From Podarcis melisellensis (Eukaryota), in NCBI GenBank assembly GCA_964234715.1, contig OZ174286.1: a stretch of DNA of 64,000 nucleotides, one strand, 5' to 3'. Made by a program: the position numbers and the translations under genes. Shown piece by piece: positions 58,604 through 64,000 of this stretch. The notes under the pieces were generated by a model. It was not told where the DNA came from. It saw only the letters and a program-made list of their open reading frames with translations, and made no database searches. How positions within the stretch are numbered: position 1 is the stretch's first letter; every line of letters starts with the position of its first letter.

Positions 58604-61591
58604 GGTGGTTAATCTATTGGAAGCACCTGGAATGAATAGCTCCTGAACACAGCACATTTAGGGGCAGGGGAGCTGTTTCCAGAGAGACCAATACACATGC
58701 TCCCTCAATTGCACACCCAAACTCCAATTTCTTATTTTTTTAAAATGACAAATCAAGCCCCCAAACCTTGAAGCAGGAGTGCAGGGGCTCTATACAGAGA
58801 AGCCTTAACATTCATTCACATGCAAGCAGCTGTTTCCACCTTCCCCTTTTTTTCTCATCAGAAAGGCCATCTGCACCAGGCTTCCTCTGCACTGGCACGG
58901 GCAGCAAGCAACAGCTTCCCATTTCTATTTATTTCTAAAAAGAGCCCTTTATGACAAATACCTCCCCCTAATCACCATTTCCGATAATGAACAGGCAGGC
59001 ACCAAGCAGTTTGCATTACAGAGCCATCAGCACAGAACAACATTCAGAGGTGAATGACCCCAGAGACCATCTCCACAGCTACGGCAAAGCTTCTCCCTGA
59101 CACTAATCCTGCCTGTCATTCTCCCACTGTGCTCTAACCACGCTGACGTCCGCCTGCTCCACCACAAGCTTAAACGGGGCCCTTCCCTGACTTTTCACTG
59201 TCTCCCCCAATCAATGGCTCAAGCGTGCTCTTTTCACCATGTCCAAATGGCAGCTTCACTCCTAATCAGAGTGCCTTGCCCCTGTTTAACAGGCTTCCCA
59301 AAGGCTCTGCCATTTGCATTCATTTGCAAAGCAAACTACTTTTATTCACTTTGTCCTGCTATCAAGAATGCTCCCTGAAGCAGATAAATTGGCATAAATA
59401 TACAGCCTGCCGCTTAAGAAGCAGTAAATAATAGCCAATAGTGGGAAGGATTTTATCAATCATCCCCTGTTTTGTGTCCGTGAATGCCTTTGTTCACCAA
59501 ATGCTGAAAATCATATCTGTGCGACTTTTTGTACAACCATAATAATTCAGGACTGGCTGTGTGGGTGGATGGAGACACAGACACACAGGCGTATATATCA
59601 ATAAGGATGTACTTTTTTCTGGGGAGGAGGAAAGAAATAAATATGTGTACATACACACACACACACACACAGTGCAGGGCAGTGGGAAACTGCCATTGCT
59701 TTGGATCAGGTAAAGGCAGCTAATTTCCAGTGCAAGTAATAGATCTTTCTGTTGCACCATGCGCTCCCCCCCCCCCCCGGAAAGAGGCACTTATAGATAT
59801 TTAATGTAAAATTCACTACCCAAGTATCATGTGCTGTTGGCCAGGATCCAAAAAGCCCTCTCAGATGTGTACAATGGCTTATTACGTACTTGGTGGGATT
59901 TCGAACATCCCACTGCTCCTGTAGCAATTTGCACTATATCGGGTTTGTGAAGTTGCTATAAGATTTGGCTGGGGGCAAGGAGGGGGGAAGGGGTTGATGC
60001 TGTCAGAAAGGGAGACACTGAAATTCTGCAGGGTCCCTTGAGCTAGGAATGTGGCTCTTGGATCTTGACCTATACCATTACCTGGGGAGTTGGCAGAAAG
60101 TATGTCAAGTGTGCTTGTTGCTATTCAGCATTTCTTCAAGTGGAGATAAGTGTTCCGAGAAGTCAGTGTAAAAACAAAAGAACAGGGAGAAACTGTTTTT
60201 TTCTTTTTCTTGCTATCAAAAGCTTTCAATACCACATAGCCAAACATAAGTCTAATAGTGTGAAAGTCTGCAAAGCTAATCTGAAACGGTGGGGAGATAG
60301 TAGGAAATGGAACAATTCCACAAATTGTCTTTCACACAGACGGCATTTAAGAACACAAGAGACAGTTGCTTTGCAGCCTAGTTTCCTAACACTAATAATT
60401 CACTGCCCATCATTACTTAAAACTTAGTGTATTCAAAAGAACACGCTGAATGAAAAATTCCCCACTTTGAATTCTTGGCACAAATATTGATGGGACAAGA
60501 CTTTTTTTTGTTAGATTTGCCTTTCCAAGTAAAAAGTTAAGTGACAAACAGATCCACACTGTTAAAAATAAAGTTAGGTGGTACTATCAAAGGCAAGCAT
60601 TTGAAGAACACATGAAGTCAGGGATAGGAATCCCATGGCTCCCCAGACATTGTTGGACTTCCAACTCCTCAGCCAAGGTCACCAGTGGTCAACAACTCTT
60701 AGAGGGACACAGCTTCCCGTCTCCCCCTAAAGTGCTTCTCAACATACTTTGGAATTACACCAATTTCTCCTTGCAGCTGCTGCTTATCACAGCATGCAGG
60801 ATGCCACTTCAGAGGGTCTCTGATTTACAGGGTTTGTACCCAACTGAATTATACGCAGAGCAGACCCACTGAAATCAATGGATCTGCATTAGCCACATTC
60901 CTTAGTTCCCGTTCGTCTACTTGGAACAGGACTTATTATGGGATACAACCCCTAGAGTGGCTTTTCCAGTATGTGAGAGGACCCTGGGAGGAGAGCCCCA
61001 CCACAAAAGCCCTGAGCATAAAAGCAGTCCCATGTGCTGAGCTCATAATATTTTAGAGAAAAGCCGTTCTCAGACAAAGTTCAGTCAGTGGCCTTGGGCA
61101 GTTCACTCTTCCGCCCACCCCAGCTTCTCTCACAAGATTGTGGATGAGGAGATAAAATGAGAGACAGAGAGATTGCAACTTTCCCTTGAACCCTTTAGAT
61201 GCAGAGGCGGAGATGCACACATACCCAAAACATTAAACTTGCCGACTTCCTTCCTTACAAGCACAAATTCCTTCACTATCTGGAAGATATAATGCCAGGC
61301 CTAACTTATATATTACTTCTGAGCCCCAGGGGCTACAATCAACATACCAATAGTTAAGCAAAGCCCTCAATTTAAACTATGAGTTTCCCTATTCTGAAAA
61401 GAAGGGGGAAAGTTTCTTCCAAATCTTCAACATTTCCCCCAAAAGTTAAATCATTTCATTTAAGCCAACACTGCTAAATGGACTAGTCTGGCTATTTAGT
61501 GGGCTATGAATGGCTTAGGCTAAAAGATCACATTTGAATCAGGGGGCAGGAGATCTTTTAAAAGTCTATGGACAAAAGAAACATGTTTATT

Positions 61592-61643
61592 AGAATGCTG
61601 CTGAAAGTATTAAGTAGAGAATGCTGCTGAAAGTATTAAGTAG
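61592..61643 (+). repeat. Perfect 26-bp tandem duplication AGAATGCTGCTGAAAGTATTAAGTAG
   Basis: Direct reading. Confidence 0.92.
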
Positions 61644-62083
61644 AATCTTGACAGCTAGGATTTAGCTATGCACTGACAAGAGGAATATAGGGAAGGGCTG
61701 TAGAGAATCTGCTTTGCAAGTCTGGGGTTCAACCTTGGGCTTTTCTAGGTAGGGAACCCTCTCTTTTTAATTATGGAGAATAACTGCAAATCAGTGTAGA
61801 TGGAACAATGATGCTGACTCTTTATAAAGCAGCAGCTTCTATGTTCCTAGAAACACCTTTAAAAGAAGAATTCGTGTTCAAGTTAGCCGCTGAAATTTGT
61901 ATATTTGAATTTACATTCAAGTAAACTTGTTCATATGTTGCTTTGATCATTTCTTACCAAAATAAATTCAGAAATAAAGAAAGCTTGTCTTTTAATCGCT
62001 AAAAGAACAGGCCTCCATAACCCTGGAAGCATAGACATCCACCTTCTATATACATAAACATGTACACACTCATGTGGGTGCAG

Positions 62084-62085
<2 letters not shown>

Positions 62086-62118
<33 letters not shown>
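62086..62118 (+). repeat. (AC)n microsatellite
   Basis: Direct reading. Confidence 0.95.
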
Positions 62119-62120
<2 letters not shown>

Positions 62121-63699
62121 CTTTTATTTTGTTCTTCTTAAGGGGTGGTGAATTTACAGCTCTTCCACAACAGTAAACGGTGTCTTTAAGATAACCCCCT
62201 GTGACTCCACTGCTATAAGCAGCTAGGAGGGTGGCAACACTGTGAATTTATTCTCCCTGTACTGCTCTGGAGCCAGAGTCAGATGAATGTGTAAGCATAA
62301 GCCTTTGCCACTTAAAACCATGTTTGTCCAATATTACTGAAGCACTGGGCCAAAACTCATCTCTACAGTAGAGTGATGGAAGATACCACATGGTGAGGGG
62401 ACAGCTGTTGTGTCTACACAAGCATTCAGATTTTACATCAGAAAGACAGTGCTTTGGGATTAGCTCTCCACACTGAACACAACACACTCAAAAGAAGGGG
62501 GAGGCAAACAGAGACACGAGGAACCATTTTTAACACAAAAATTAAAAACAGATTACTTTCACAGCTATAAATATTCATATCGGCTGGTCAAATAACATTT
62601 TAAAGAAATTTACTGAACGAGATTTTTTCATACTGAATATAAGCTTTTAGCAGTTAACTGGGGGTTTTTTTTGGTGCTGTGCTCCCTGCTCTTATGGTTG
62701 CTCTAAATACCTTTTAAATACCATACACACACATTTCAAATATTCCAAGAAAACAGCAAATATGTTTTAAAATTTGCCGTCTTATAACCTGTCATTTACT
62801 AACAGGTTTGCAACAGTGGGCAGCTGTAGTACAGCTGCATTTTAATAGAGAGGAAAGCGCTCTTGTTCCTGCGGTAACAATTTACAATTAAAAAATAATA
62901 ATTACAACACTATTTATTTATCCACACAGAAATTTACATTCCACCTTTCTACTGTATACCTGCCAGTATATTTTTGCTCCCTCCAGTACAGTCTTCCCCA
63001 ACCTGGTGCTCTTCAGATGTTTTGAACTCCTGTGTAGCTTGGAGCCGATGGGAGTTATAGTTCAAAGCAGCTACAGCCAGGTGAAATAATATTCTTGACC
63101 ATTCTAACTGTTCAAGCAGAGGCCATTGCAGGAGCCAAGAGCTTGGTGAGCCCTGCTCTACGCCTTGTGCTAAGCTCCCCCCCCCAAAAAAATCTGCTCC
63201 TTAATCCTAGTGCCCACATATCTTTCAGCATTCTACAACCCTGATTTTGCCTTCTTCACCCCTATGTGGGGCACATTGCCTCCTCTCTGTGGGCTTGGTA
63301 TGAGCTCTGCCTTCAACCAGATATGCTGCTTCTGCTGACAGGAAACATTCCTTGCGTGGCCACCGCTTTCAATTGTTTAAAAAAGTCTCTAGCCCCACTA
63401 GAAAGAAAGTTATGAAGCAAAATGTGTGGGCACCAGTCCTAGTCACTTCTGTGAAATGAGTCAAGCCTGACAGCTGAAATCACTGACAGGTTCACAAAGG
63501 AGTGAAGTCAGAGTTGTGACTTGGTAAGTGATTGATTGGAGACCAGTCAAGAGGAATTCCTGGAGCTCTACAGAACTATTTCCCACTACCTTGTAAGGCA
63601 GCCCCCCAAAAACATTCTGTCTTTCCCCCTTCTAGTCCTTAGAATCTCTGTAGTTTACCCTTCCTTTTTCCCTAGTAACTAGGACACATCTTTCCAGTA

Positions 63700-63940
63700 C
63701 AGTGGTACCTCGGTTTATGAACTTAATTCATTCTGAAAATCCATTCTCAAACCAAAGCATTCTTAAACCGAGGTGTGCTTACCCTACTGAGGCCTCCCAC
63801 CGCTGGTGCCCTTCCACTGTTCATCTTCCATTCATCTTCCAAGGCAAAGTACACTAACTGGAATACCGACTTCCAGTTTTGTGGAGTTCGTTCACCCAAA
63901 AGTTCGTTAACAGGGTTGTTTGTAGACCGAGGTACCATTG
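63700..63940. mobile_element. Tc1/mariner MITE of the same family as the 26838 copy
   Basis: TA|CAGTGGTACCTCGGT...ACCGAGGTACCATTG|TA. Confidence 0.9.
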
Positions 63941-64000
63941 TAGTCGGCTTGTTTGAGATCAGGTAGTCCCTAGAAGTTATTCTATGCGAGTACTACTATA

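Noticed and set aside
58028-64000. Further upstream DNAJC1 exon
   Set aside because: No DNAJC1-like peptide with splice sites was recognised; the exon probably lies beyond the window.

Overview
This is vertebrate genomic DNA from a squamate reptile, probably a lacertid lizard judging by the Sauria SINE sequences. It holds the 3' parts of two convergent genes. MLLT10/AF10 lies on the + strand: 12 coding exons from 4365 to the stop at 47201 (2331 nt, phases consistent), encoding the AT-hook, the octapeptide-leucine zipper (OM-LZ) and the Q-rich tail, with a 3'UTR to about 48710. DNAJC1 lies on the - strand: its last 4 coding exons from 58024 to the stop at 49312, encoding two SANT/Myb repeats. 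The 5' exons of both genes appear to lie outside the window. Introns carry Sauria SINEs, tRNA-derived SINEs, CR1 fragments, an RTE-derived non-autonomous element, Tc1/mariner and hAT MITEs, and microsatellites. There are no prokaryotic features or CRISPR arrays. I found no wholly new system. The best leads are a diverged or decaying MLLT10 exon at 17868, inverted SINEs bracketing a frame-preserving DNAJC1 exon pair (circRNA or skipping candidate), a dual-frame penultimate MLLT10 exon, a GC-AG intron, a possible internal promoter upstream of the OM-LZ exons, and an RBFOX-motif cluster with a candidate stop-containing exon. Comparisons to human proteins and repeat consensuses are from memory, not from database searches.
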